DNA of 64,000 bases from Candidatus Eiseniibacteriota bacterium (GTDB taxonomy: Bacteria > Eisenbacteria > RBG-16-71-46 > CAZAMP01), in the NCBI GenBank assembly GCA_965224245.1, contig OZ245046.1, forward strand, positions 4,608,001 through 4,672,000. Reading direction: 5' to 3'. How positions within the stretch are numbered: the first letter of the stretch is position 1; every line of letters starts with the position of its first letter. Below the pieces are notes generated by a model. The model was not told where the DNA came from. It searched no databases and saw only the letters and a program-made list of their open reading frames with translations. Made by a program: the position numbers and the translations under genes. This document shows, piece by piece, positions 9,001 to 18,751 of the stretch.

Positions 9001-9510
9001 TCAGGTCCGGGGCCCGAGCACGATCGTGTGCGGTCCCACGTCGAGCACGACGTTCGCACCCCGCTCCTCGGCGAGGCTCAGGAACGACAGCTGCGCCGTG
9101 CGGCCGAAGCGTGCGGGGAACGCGCCCTCGCGCACGCGGCAATACACGACGTCGTTCCCGCCGATGGACACCGTCTCCGGATCCAGGGGCTCCCGGCGCG
9201 TGTCGTTGAGGACGAGCTGGACGTGCTGCACGCGTCCGTCGTCGTCTCGCTCGATCTCGAGGCCGATCACGACGAACGGTGTGTCGGCCACCTCGAGGAC
9301 GTTCTCCTCACCCGCGCACCGGGACAGGAACCGCCCGTCGGGCAGCGGCTCGAGGTTCCGGAAGAACACCGCCAGCATGCGGGCGTGCGTGATCGGATCC
9401 CCGGCATGGCGGAGCGTTCCCGTCTCGTCGAGCTGATACGTGTAGCGACGGGGCGTGTCGCGACGGCCGGCGGAGGAACGCGTCCGGGATCGCCGGTCAT
9501 CCGCCGGCAT
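9001..9510 (-). CDS. DUF1285-like protein
   Basis: G(T)LRHAGDPITH...EVADTPFVV...LNDTRREPLDP...YCRVREG.FPARF. Confidence 0.6.
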   Translation of the reverse strand: MPADDRRSRTRSSAGRRDTPRRYTYQLDETGTLRHAGDPITHARMLAVFFRNLEPLPDGRFLSRCAGEENVLEVADTPFVVIGLEIERDDDGRVQHVQLVLNDTRREPLDPETVSIGGNDVVYCRVREGAFPARFGRTAQLSFLSLAEERGANVVLDVGPHTIVLGPRT

Positions 9511-10999
9511 GATCGAGGGGCGACGTACGGGGCGCGGCTCCCACGCGAAGCGGATCGACGAGGTCGACGAACCGACCCAGACCCACCGGCGGCACGGCGG
9601 CGTCGAACGCGTCGTTCAGGACCTCGATGAACGCGTTCGCGATCACGGCCTGACCGAAGCTCGTGGGATGGACACCGTCGAGGCTGAACGCGCCGCCGAA
9701 CACGAACGTGCCGTCCAGCGTCACGCCGCCCCATCCGTAGCGTCCGGCGAAGAGGTCGGCGAACACCTGATCGAGCCGCACGAGCGGCAGGTCGCGATCG
9801 ACCGCGAGCGCGGTGATCGCGGCGTTGTACGCGTCCACGGTCGCCTCGAGGCTCCCCAGCTCGGCCGCGGTCAGCGTCAGCGACGCGGGCAGAGGACGGC
9901 CGTGTCCGGGATAGCGATCGTCGAGACGCTCGCGCGCGGTGACGGGGTCGACCCCCTCGTCGGCGGCGATGCGCGCGATCAGCGCGGCGTCGGAGATGCC
10001 GTGGCCGTGCCGGATCCACGGGAGCGCGGTGGCCGGAACCACGTCGCCGTCGTCGAGGAGCATGCCCCCGGGCTGGTCGGGGCTCGCGCGCGACCCCTCC
10101 TCGCCGAGGAGCGCGAGCGGCGGGGGCGTGGTGAACTCCGGGAGATCCCGGAGGTGCGGAATGGTGGCCAGGATCACCCGGCTCCCGATCGAGTCGGCCA
10201 CCACCGACACGATCTCGCCCAGGTACCCGGCGAACGTGTCGGCGTCGTACGCGACCACGTCGGTACCGCGCGACGCGGCGTCGAGGATCTCGGCGAAGCC
10301 GAGCCAGATGCTCGTGAGCTGTGGCGTGTTCCTGGCCGCCTGCTCCAGCACGGTGGACGTGTCGATCGTGGTCACCGCGGGCCGGAGCACGGTCTCGAAG
10401 AAGAGGTTCGGTCGGCCGGACTTCGCGGTGAAGCAGGTGAGGGAATCGACGGCGAAGAGCACGTCGTAGGCATGTGCCCCGGGAATCCCGAGGTTGCGGA
10501 ACTCGCGACGATCCCGCTCGAGCTCGAGCGTCTGATGGATCACGAGCCGGCTCTCGTCGATCAGATCGGGATCGACCCACGGCGTGCGCTCCAGCGTCAG
10601 CGGCGAGTAGTCCACGACGCGCAGCACCCCCTCCGGCCGGAGCGGGTAGCTCGTCGTGATGCCGGGGTTCCGGACGTAGGCCTGGGTCACGTCGGACGCC
10701 CCGCCGAGCGGGATGGCGAACTGGCGGGCCAGGATCGACGGGAACGCATCCTCCTGCTGCCGCTTGGCCAGCGCCCCGGACTGGACCCCCGCGGTGAAGC
10801 CGTCGCCGATGGCCACGAAGTCCTTGACGAAGGCCACCGCGGGCTCGGGGCGCGAAACGCCTTCGATGCCGGTGTCGCACCCGGGAGTCGCGGCGGTGGC
10901 GACCAGCGCACACGCGACGCCCGCGACGTTCCGGACACCCGTCAGGCGCGTGCGCCCGGTGACGCCGCGCGACGTCGCCGCGCGATCGGCGCGCCTCAC
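9497..10999 (-). CDS. SGNH/GDSL-family lipoprotein (FadL-associated); block I Ser replaced by Gly
   Basis: FVAIGDGFTAG, NLGIPGA, YNAAI, FSLDGVHPT. Lipoprotein-like ...ATPG-C. GTG 10999 overlaps the fadL stop. Confidence 0.75.
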   Translation of the reverse strand: MRRADRAATSRGVTGRTRLTGVRNVAGVACALVATAATPGCDTGIEGVSRPEPAVAFVKDFVAIGDGFTAGVQSGALAKRQQEDAFPSILARQFAIPLGGASDVTQAYVRNPGITTSYPLRPEGVLRVVDYSPLTLERTPWVDPDLIDESRLVIHQTLELERDRREFRNLGIPGAHAYDVLFAVDSLTCFTAKSGRPNLFFETVLRPAVTTIDTSTVLEQAARNTPQLTSIWLGFAEILDAASRGTDVVAYDADTFAGYLGEIVSVVADSIGSRVILATIPHLRDLPEFTTPPPLALLGEEGSRASPDQPGGMLLDDGDVVPATALPWIRHGHGISDAALIARIAADEGVDPVTARERLDDRYPGHGRPLPASLTLTAAELGSLEATVDAYNAAITALAVDRDLPLVRLDQVFADLFAGRYGWGGVTLDGTFVFGGAFSLDGVHPTSFGQAVIANAFIEVLNDAFDAAVPPVGLGRFVDLVDPLRVGAAPRTSPLDHAGG

Positions 11000-12348
11000 C
11001 GGGAGTACCCCAGGCTGACGCCGAACTGCCAGGCCCGGCGGCCGTACTCGGCGGTGAAGGCGTCGGGATTGTCGGTTGCGTCGGCGTGCTCGGACACCAC
11101 CAGCATCTCGACGAGATCGAAGCGCCACCCGTCCACGTGGTAGCCGAAGCCGAACGCCCAGCGGTGTCGCGCCGCGTCCGGCAGGATCGGCCCCACCGCG
11201 GACTCGGGGATCGACGCCGACTCGTATCCGTAGCCGAAGCGGAGGTCCAGCTTGTCACTGGCGAAGAACTCGGCCCCGGCCCGAGCGGCGACCGCATCGT
11301 CGTACTCGGACACGATCACCTGCGAGAGATCGGCATCCTCCAGCGTGAGCACGGTTCGATCGAACGCCGACCAGCGCGCCCATGCCACGTCGACCGCGGC
11401 GCGCCACGACTCGCCGAGCGATCGCGCGATGCCCAGCGTGAACGTCGAGGGAACCTCCACGTCGACCGACGCGGATTGCCTCGGGGGCACGAGATCGGCG
11501 AGATCGGGGTTCGCGTCCTCGTCGTCGGTGGGGATGAAGGTGAACGTCGCGTCACCGTCCACGGTCGACGTGAGCTGGTGCCGGTAGACGAGCCCCAGTC
11601 GCCAGCCGTCGCGCCCGAGAAGCGCTCCGGCGCTGAACGTGGCCGAGGTCGCGGGATCCGCGTCGAACGTCATCGTGGCCAGGTCGAAGACGTCGGCCTG
11701 TCCCCCGACGTGACGCACACCAGGAACGCGGCGTTCGAAGAGGACGTCGGTCCGGACGAGATCCACGCCGACGCCGATCGCCAACGTCTCGGAGACCTCG
11801 AGCGACGCGGCCGGCGTCAGCGCCAGCGACGCGATCTCGGCCCGCGTGACCAGGTAGCGTCCCGGAAAGAGATCGTCGCGCCGCCACTCGGTCAGGAGCC
11901 CGAACGGCGAGTGGATGCCGATCCCCGCGACGAGCGTGCTCGTCAAGCGGCGGACGACGTACGCGTGGGGAGCCGACGAGAACGGGGAGGCGGCCCGCAC
12001 GGTGATCCCGTAGCCGGGGTAGGGCGCGCGCCCGGAGAGCTCGAGCTTGGCCCGCTCGGCGCCGAGGCCGCCGAGCACGCCCCACTCGGAGACCGCCCGG
12101 AGGCCCGCGGGGTTGGCGACCACGGCTGACGCATCGTCGGCGATCGCGGTGACGGCGTTTGCGGTGGACCTCGAGCGGGCGTCCGTGTCGCCGGTCAGGA
12201 TCCCGGTCGCGTGGGCGTCCGTGGTGATCGTCGCGGCGAGGATGCTCGCAGCCACGGCGAGCCGTATTCGGGCGAACGGGGCTGACGGGACGCCCCGGGT
12301 GGGGATGCCCGCTCGGTTGCACGTCGTCACGATCGGCTTCGTGATCAT
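10996..12348 (-). CDS. fadL: OmpP1/FadL/TodX outer-membrane long-chain fatty acid transporter
   Basis: ADDASAVVANPAGL, GIHSPFGL.TEW, WARWSAFD, PILPDAARH. Signal peptide present. Start approximate. Confidence 0.88.
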   Translation of the reverse strand: MITKPIVTTCNRAGIPTRGVPSAPFARIRLAVAASILAATITTDAHATGILTGDTDARSRSTANAVTAIADDASAVVANPAGLRAVSEWGVLGGLGAERAKLELSGRAPYPGYGITVRAASPFSSAPHAYVVRRLTSTLVAGIGIHSPFGLLTEWRRDDLFPGRYLVTRAEIASLALTPAASLEVSETLAIGVGVDLVRTDVLFERRVPGVRHVGGQADVFDLATMTFDADPATSATFSAGALLGRDGWRLGLVYRHQLTSTVDGDATFTFIPTDDEDANPDLADLVPPRQSASVDVEVPSTFTLGIARSLGESWRAAVDVAWARWSAFDRTVLTLEDADLSQVIVSEYDDAVAARAGAEFFASDKLDLRFGYGYESASIPESAVGPILPDAARHRWAFGFGYHVDGWRFDLVEMLVVSEHADATDNPDAFTAEYGRRAWQFGVSLGYSR

Positions 12349-12562
12349 CTCGGGGTCGATCGAGTCACGGGTGGCGCCTCGCTGGCGTGTCGGTCTGGTG
12401 ATCGGGAGCCGGGAGTATCCCAGATCGATCGGGCGTCCGAAAGCCCGAGCACCCGCACGAGGCGGTGGTGCCGCCGGCCGCACCAGAGAGGGCCGCCTCG
12501 GGGCTCCCGATCGACGCCTCGACCCCGGGCCCGCGGCGCCTCGGGACATGCCGCCGGGGAAT

Positions 12563-14359
12563 CTACTCCTCGGCGTACACCTCGTCGATCCGCGCCCGGT
12601 AACGCTCCTCGATGACCCGCCGCTTCATCTTCATCGACGGGGTCAGAGAGCCGTCGGCGATCGTGAGCTCCTCGGGCAACAGGATGAACCTCTTGATCGT
12701 CTCGAATCGCGCGAGGCCCTCGTTGGCCCGGGTCACCTCGACGTCGAACAGCGAGCGGACCTCCCGCGATTCGAGGAGCGCCTCGTGTGTCGAGGCCTCG
12801 ATCCCCCGCTCGCGGGCGAACGTCTCCAGGGCCGGGAAGTCCGGCAGGATGATCGCCGACACGAACCGGCGCTGATCCCCGACGAGCATGGCATCGGCGA
12901 TGTAGCGGCTCTTGCGGAGCTTGTTCTCGATGGGCTGGGGCGCGACGAACTTGCCGCCCGACGTCTTGATGAGGTCCTTCTTGCGATCGGTGATGAAGAG
13001 ATAGCCGTCCTCGTCCAGCCGGCCGATGTCGCCGGTCTGGAGCCATCCGTCCCCGGCGTACAGATCGACGGTCTCCTGCGGCTTGTTGTAGTACCCCGGC
13101 GTCGTGGTCGGTCCCTTCACCAGGATCTCGCCGTCCTCGGCGATCCGGATCTGGACCTCCGGAAACGCCCGGCCCACCGATCCCAGGCGCACGTGGCCGG
13201 GGCAGTTGGCCGACACCACCGGCGACGTCTCGGTGAGGCCGTAGCCCTCGTACACCGGAATGCCCACCGCGTTGAAGAACGTGATCAGATCGGACCGCAA
13301 CGGCGCGCTCCCCGACACGAAGAAGCGCACCTTGCCCCCGATGCGTCCTTTCAGCTTGGCGAAGACGAGCTTCGAGGCGATCCTGTACTTCGTTCGGAGC
13401 GGGCCCGACACCTCGCGTCCCTCGAGCTCGGCGGCGGCGAACTCGATGCCGACACCCTGAGCCCAGCGGAAGAGCTTCTGACGGATCGGGGGCGCCGCGT
13501 CGATCGCCTCCATGATCCGGGCGTAGAACTTCTCGAAGAAGCGCGGGACGCCGAGGAGGATCGTCGGTCGCAGCTCGGCCGCGTCCGCGGCCACGGTCTC
13601 CACCGCCTCCGCGTACGCGATGCCGCACCCCGCGCCGTACATCGTGTAGTAGCCGGCCATCCGCTCGAACACGTGGCTCAGCGGCAGGAACGACAGGTAG
13701 AGATCGGTGTGCGTGATCGGGAAGCGCTCGAGCGCGCCGCGCACGTTGGCCATCAGGTTCGCGTGCGTCAACATGACGCCCTTGGGCTCGCCGGTGGTTC
13801 CCGACGTGTAGATGATCGTGGCCACGTCGTCGGGCTCGCTGGGCACGACCGTGTCGAGCGCGTCCACACCGCGCGCCTTCAGCGACTGGGTTCCCTGGGT
13901 GATGATCTCGTCGATGCCGCGCACCTGCGGGCTCCGTGCCTCGACTCGATCGAACGTGATGATCGCTCCGATGTCCTTCAGGAGCGGGCCGGTCGTCAGG
14001 AGCTTCGCGACCTGCTCGTCGTCGGACGCGAAGACCCACTTCGCGCCGCTGTCGCGCAGGATCGCCGCGACCTGGTTGGCCGGCAGCGTCGGGTACACGG
14101 GTACCGACAGTGCGCCGCGCGTGATCGCCGCCATGTCGGCCACCGCCCAGTGATAGCGGTTGGCCGAGAGGATCCCGATGCGGTCGCCGGGCTCGAGTCC
14201 CAGCCCCGCGAGACCCTCGCCCAGCCCGGCCACGTCCTCGGCGAAGCTCCGGGACGAGATCCGAACCCAGCGGCCCTCGCGCTTCTCGACGAACGCATCG
14301 TCACGAGGCACGACCGAGATCGCATGCTTGAACAGCTCACCGAGCGTCGTGGCATCCAT
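12563..14359 (-). CDS. fadD: Long-chain fatty acid-CoA ligase (AMP-dependent synthetase)
   Basis: IIYTSGTTGEPKGVMLTH, YEGYGLTETSP, GWLQTGDIG, ITDRKKDLIKTSGGK, LTPSMKMKR. Confidence 0.95.
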   Translation of the reverse strand: MDATTLGELFKHAISVVPRDDAFVEKREGRWVRISSRSFAEDVAGLGEGLAGLGLEPGDRIGILSANRYHWAVADMAAITRGALSVPVYPTLPANQVAAILRDSGAKWVFASDDEQVAKLLTTGPLLKDIGAIITFDRVEARSPQVRGIDEIITQGTQSLKARGVDALDTVVPSEPDDVATIIYTSGTTGEPKGVMLTHANLMANVRGALERFPITHTDLYLSFLPLSHVFERMAGYYTMYGAGCGIAYAEAVETVAADAAELRPTILLGVPRFFEKFYARIMEAIDAAPPIRQKLFRWAQGVGIEFAAAELEGREVSGPLRTKYRIASKLVFAKLKGRIGGKVRFFVSGSAPLRSDLITFFNAVGIPVYEGYGLTETSPVVSANCPGHVRLGSVGRAFPEVQIRIAEDGEILVKGPTTTPGYYNKPQETVDLYAGDGWLQTGDIGRLDEDGYLFITDRKKDLIKTSGGKFVAPQPIENKLRKSRYIADAMLVGDQRRFVSAIILPDFPALETFARERGIEASTHEALLESREVRSLFDVEVTRANEGLARFETIKRFILLPEELTIADGSLTPSMKMKRRVIEERYRARIDEVYAEE

Positions 14360-14542
14360 GGCGAACCTCTGGGGTGGAGCCCGTAACCGGCGCGTGCTCA
14401 ACCAGTTCCCGAAACTGATAGCAGGGCGGTCGAGGCGGCGCAACCGGGTTCTCGCACAAAGCGCCACCGGTGGGACCGGCGCCCTCCGGGGCCGGGATGC
14501 GCGTCCGACCGAGCTCCCCGGACGCCCGGCGATCCGGCGCGG

Positions 14543-15739
14543 TCAGAGCGCGCGCCGCGGTGCGACGACCACGTTGGCCAGGAGAAGCCCCGTCACCAGC
14601 GCGACCGCGACGAGCGTCATCCGGAACGCGAACTCCACGCCCGAGACCACGTCCTCGGACAGCAGCATCGAGATGCTTCGAAAGCCGAGGCTCCCCGGCA
14701 CGAGGAGCATGATGCCGGGCACGAGCGGCACGCTCACCGGCCGGTGGGCGACGCGGGCGATCACGTTGCTGGCGAGTCCGACGACGAGCGCTCCCAGGAA
14801 GGTGCCCAGCTCGGGCCCGAGCAGCCGCGCGCCCGCGCGCGCACCCAGGAAGGCCAGCGTCCCCGACACCGCGATCCAGGCGACGTCGGACGGGTGTGCC
14901 CGAAAGAGAGCCGTGAACGCGAACGGCGCCACCGCCAGCGCGAGCCATTGCGTCCACGCGGGCAGCGCGTGCACGTGCTCCGCGAGCGGTGCGTTCAGGA
15001 ACGTCCCTCCTACCCGCGTGCCCAGCGCGACGCCGAACGCGATCAACACGAACATCAGGACCGACGCCGCCAGGCGCGCGGTGCCCGAGACGAGATGCCC
15101 GGTGGCCAGCTCGATCATCGAGATCGTCAGCGTCAGCCCCGGGATCAGCACGATGAGCCCGGCCATCACGGTGATGATCATGGACGCGTCGAAGATCGAG
15201 GCCGACGCCGACGCGACGATCGCGGCCAGAAAGGCCGCGGTCGGCTCGAAGAGCCGCGCCACGACCGTGGCCCTCCGGGCGAGTAGCGCCAGGAGGCCCG
15301 TCACCAGACCGATCGCCGTGCCGCCGAGAATCTCCGCGATCCCGCCGTCGAAGAAGCGCGCGGCCGTCGCCGACGCCAGCGTGAAGCCCAGCAGCGTCGG
15401 AACCGACCCGTAGCGATCGCCCGACGTCAGGATCGCGTCCAGCCGGCGCTGGGCCTCGGCCACGTCGACCTCGCGGCGGACGATGGCGCCGATGACGTCG
15501 TCGAGGCTCCGGAGGCGCTCCAGGTTCACCTGCCCCGGATGCGCGCGCAGGAGCTGCGTCTCCTCGCCGTCCCCCTCGCCGAACGACGCGAAGATCGCGG
15601 TCGGCGTCACGAAGAACTGCCCGGGACACTCGAGCGCGTCGGCCACCAGCGTGAGCGCGTCCTCGAGCTGGTGCGTCGGCGTGCCGTAGCGATGGAGCGC
15701 GCGTCCCAGTGACAGGGTCAAGCGAATCGAGGCGTTCAC
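14543..15739 (-). CDS. Threonine/serine exporter family (ThrE) membrane protein
   Basis: LGRALHRYGTPTHQLE, LIPGLTLT, LVSGTARL, PGIMLLVPGSLG. About 10 hydrophobic segments. Confidence 0.88.
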   Translation of the reverse strand: MNASIRLTLSLGRALHRYGTPTHQLEDALTLVADALECPGQFFVTPTAIFASFGEGDGEETQLLRAHPGQVNLERLRSLDDVIGAIVRREVDVAEAQRRLDAILTSGDRYGSVPTLLGFTLASATAARFFDGGIAEILGGTAIGLVTGLLALLARRATVVARLFEPTAAFLAAIVASASASIFDASMIITVMAGLIVLIPGLTLTISMIELATGHLVSGTARLAASVLMFVLIAFGVALGTRVGGTFLNAPLAEHVHALPAWTQWLALAVAPFAFTALFRAHPSDVAWIAVSGTLAFLGARAGARLLGPELGTFLGALVVGLASNVIARVAHRPVSVPLVPGIMLLVPGSLGFRSISMLLSEDVVSGVEFAFRMTLVAVALVTGLLLANVVVAPRRAL

Positions 15740-16121
15740 GTCGAGGTTCCTCCAGTCGGTCGCGGGCGTCGCGCGGCCGCGGTCGCCGTTGGTCGCGGGC
15801 GGGTGGTTGCGCTGGCCGCGTGGTCCGGGTCCACCGGCAATCTAACGGCTCGGGACCCGCGTGGATACCGCGAGCGGGGAGCTCGGGCGTCGTCGCCGCC
15901 AGAGGTGCACCCGCCCACCGGGCGATCCGCCAAGACGCTTCCGCCACGACACATCGAGCGTCGTCGCACGGCCCCCGGCGACACGCTCAACGAGGGGAAC
16001 CCGCGCGGTTTTGCCCGCGTAGAACGGGTTTGACCCCGTGCCCCCAAGCCGGTCATCGTCTCCGATGCGTCCACCAACCGACCCCGGGCTCCGCGCTCGC
16101 GGTGAACGTCGAGGACCACGC

Positions 16122-17144
16122 ATGAGATCGATCCGGCACCCGCTCCCACGCCCTGGCTCGTACACGCGGCCGTCCCTCGGGAGCAGCCCCGGCCGCCGCC
16201 TCGGGCTCGCCGTCGCCGCGTTCGCGGTGACGACCACATTCGCCGCCTCGGGCCAGGCCCGGGACGCCTCCGACGACGACGAGGCGGACGGCGGCGAGGG
16301 TCGCGCCAAGATCTACCGCTCGTACCGCGGCCTTCGCACGTATGCCGCCGAGGACACCATCCCGCTCCTGTACGTCTACGGCGACGAGGTCGAGGTGGAG
16401 GCCCAGCGGATGTCGCTGGACGAGATCCTGGCCACGTGCATCGAGGCCGAGAGGAACAAGTACGCCAGCGTCGAGGACATCCAGTTCACGACCACCGAGA
16501 AGGCCGTCCTGTACTACGGGAGCGAGCCCACGCCGGAGACCCGCCACGACGTGGTCGAGGAGGTCTCGCGCGTCTACGCGAAGCAGCCCGACCGCCTCCA
16601 GACGGTGCGGCTCGATTCTCGCGAGTTCACCGTCGAGCCCGGCGACGACGGCAGGATGACGCGGAAGCCCAAGGACGAGAAGAAGGACGACGGCCCGACG
16701 GTACAGGTGCGGGCCACTCGCGAGGATCTGAGCGACCTGCCCCTGTTCTTCGAGGACATGTCCGAGTACGTCTTCGACATCGTGGACCGGCGCGATCTCG
16801 AGACGCGCGTGCTGTATCGCATCTCGTTCACGCCCCGCTCGGAGTTCGAGCCGCTGCCCGCCGGGGAGTTCTGGATCGACACCGCCGACTTCCAGATCGT
16901 GCACGCCGACCTGACCTGGGAGGACAACGTCCCGTTCCCGATTCTCCTGAAGGGGATCGACCACTTCTCGATCGAGAAGAAGCGCGTGGGGGATGTGTGG
17001 GTGTACGACCGGATCTCCGGCCGGATCCGCATCCGCAAGATCCCGTTCGTGGACGTGCCGCAGGTCCTGGAGGTCGTCGTCACGTTCTCCGACTACGTCC
17101 TCAACCAGGGGCTCTCCGACGATGTCTTCGCTCTCGACGAGTAG
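16122..17144 (+). CDS. Secreted hypothetical protein (resembles N-terminal part of DUF5686-type outer-membrane proteins)
   Basis: Signal peptide; YRISFTPR...GEFWIDTADFQIV...FSDYVLNQGLSDDVF. GAGG RBS. Confidence 0.6.
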   Translation: MRSIRHPLPRPGSYTRPSLGSSPGRRLGLAVAAFAVTTTFAASGQARDASDDDEADGGEGRAKIYRSYRGLRTYAAEDTIPLLYVYGDEVEVEAQRMSLDEILATCIEAERNKYASVEDIQFTTTEKAVLYYGSEPTPETRHDVVEEVSRVYAKQPDRLQTVRLDSREFTVEPGDDGRMTRKPKDEKKDDGPTVQVRATREDLSDLPLFFEDMSEYVFDIVDRRDLETRVLYRISFTPRSEFEPLPAGEFWIDTADFQIVHADLTWEDNVPFPILLKGIDHFSIEKKRVGDVWVYDRISGRIRIRKIPFVDVPQVLEVVVTFSDYVLNQGLSDDVFALDE

Positions 17145-17181
17145 CCTGCACGGGCGTCCGCGCGGCGTGCACGGGCGAGGC

Positions 17182-18612
17182 ATGCTCGCGGCCGCGATCG
17201 CGAGCCTCGCGTGTCTCGCCGCCCAGGGTAGGGCGGCCCACGCGGCCGAGGGGATCGCCGCCGGGTCGACGACGGTCGAGGAGGCCGGATCCGCCGACGC
17301 GACCGCAGCCGATCCGGACTCCGCGTATGCCGACATCCTCCGATCCTTCCGGCGGCGAACCGACGAGTCGATGAGCCCCGAGGCGCTTCGCTTCGACACC
17401 GTGGCCCGCGACTCCGCCATCACGGCGTTCGATGATTCCGTGTCGGCGCGCGGGCTGGCCTCCCGCCTGTCGGACCTCCGCGACGACGAGATCGTGTACC
17501 GCCGCCGGCTCCGCGGCGGGTTCGAGTTCGGGGGCACCGACGTGTCGCTCGCGCACACGAAGGTGGACGGGCCGAGCTTCCGGTTCCCCCTCGAGGCGTG
17601 GACGGCGTTCGACCGCGTCTACCTGGAGGCACGCGCGAGCGTGGGCTACGCCTTCGGGTCGAAGCGCGGGCGCCACCGGGCGGAGATCCAGGCCGACACC
17701 AATCCGGTCACGATCGGCGTGCAGCACCGGCGCCTCGCCGAGCGCTTCGGATGGACCGAGGTCCACGGCGCGACCTTCGCCTCACTCCTCGGGGTGGACG
17801 AGCAGCGCTATCTCGAGCGGCGGGGCTGGGGCGTGTTCGTGGAGCCTCACGTCAACGGTCGCATCGACGCACGCCTCACGTACGACGACGAGGATCAGGT
17901 GAGTCTCCGGGCTCACGACACGTTCACGATCGCCGGCGACGCGGACGTCTACGAGGGCGATCTCTACCGGGCCAACCCGATGATCACCGAGGGACGCTCG
18001 CACCGGCTCGGGCTCCGGGTCGATCTCCGACGCGATCGCGTCCTGGGCGTGTGGGGACGTCTCGAGCTGGAGACGGCCGGCCGCGGCCTCGGCGGCGATC
18101 TGGACTTCGATCGCGTGTTCGGGCGCATGAGCTACCGGCCCGTCCTGCCGTGGCGCGACGAGATCGAGCTGACCGCCACCGCACAGATGACGGCCGGTCC
18201 CGGCGAGATTCCGGTGCAGGCGCTGGCCACCGTCGCGGGACGCTCGGGCGTTCGCGGCGTGGACCAGTCGAACATGATCGGCACCCACGGACTCCACCTG
18301 CGCGTCGAGTATCACATCGTGCGCGATCTCCTCCGCCGCGCGCGGGTGCCGTTTCTCGGAGAGCGCCGGATCCAGTTCGTCCCGTTCGCCGACGTCGGCG
18401 CCGCCTGGACCCCGGACGACGTGCGAACTCTGGGCGACGCGACGCTGCCCGCCTCGAACGACTGGAAGTGGGGCGTGGGTCTCGGCCTCCGCCGCGCCGT
18501 GGGGCTTGGAGAGGTCCTGAGCCACATCCGGCTGGACGTCGCGTGGCGGCTCGATCGTGCGGGGGCGGGGCCGGTGACGTACGTCGTGCTGGAGTCTCAG
18601 CCGTTCCGGTGA
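17182..18612 (+). CDS. Outer-membrane beta-barrel protein (Omp85/DUF5686-like C-terminal barrel)
   Basis: Signal peptide; alternating beta strands; GYAFG, VRG, FADVGAAW, GVGLGLR, IRLDVAWRL. Confidence 0.65.
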   Translation: MLAAAIASLACLAAQGRAAHAAEGIAAGSTTVEEAGSADATAADPDSAYADILRSFRRRTDESMSPEALRFDTVARDSAITAFDDSVSARGLASRLSDLRDDEIVYRRRLRGGFEFGGTDVSLAHTKVDGPSFRFPLEAWTAFDRVYLEARASVGYAFGSKRGRHRAEIQADTNPVTIGVQHRRLAERFGWTEVHGATFASLLGVDEQRYLERRGWGVFVEPHVNGRIDARLTYDDEDQVSLRAHDTFTIAGDADVYEGDLYRANPMITEGRSHRLGLRVDLRRDRVLGVWGRLELETAGRGLGGDLDFDRVFGRMSYRPVLPWRDEIELTATAQMTAGPGEIPVQALATVAGRSGVRGVDQSNMIGTHGLHLRVEYHIVRDLLRRARVPFLGERRIQFVPFADVGAAWTPDDVRTLGDATLPASNDWKWGVGLGLRRAVGLGEVLSHIRLDVAWRLDRAGAGPVTYVVLESQPFR

Positions 18613-18751
18613 GCCCTCGCTCCCGACCGGATCGGTCGACCTCCGAAAACGCTTCCCCGCGAAGACTTAGCGGCTTCGTCACGGGGTGCGCAGGTCGCCC
18701 GTCGTCGCGAGGGTTGCTCGACACGACCGCAACTTCCTATCCTCATCCGCC

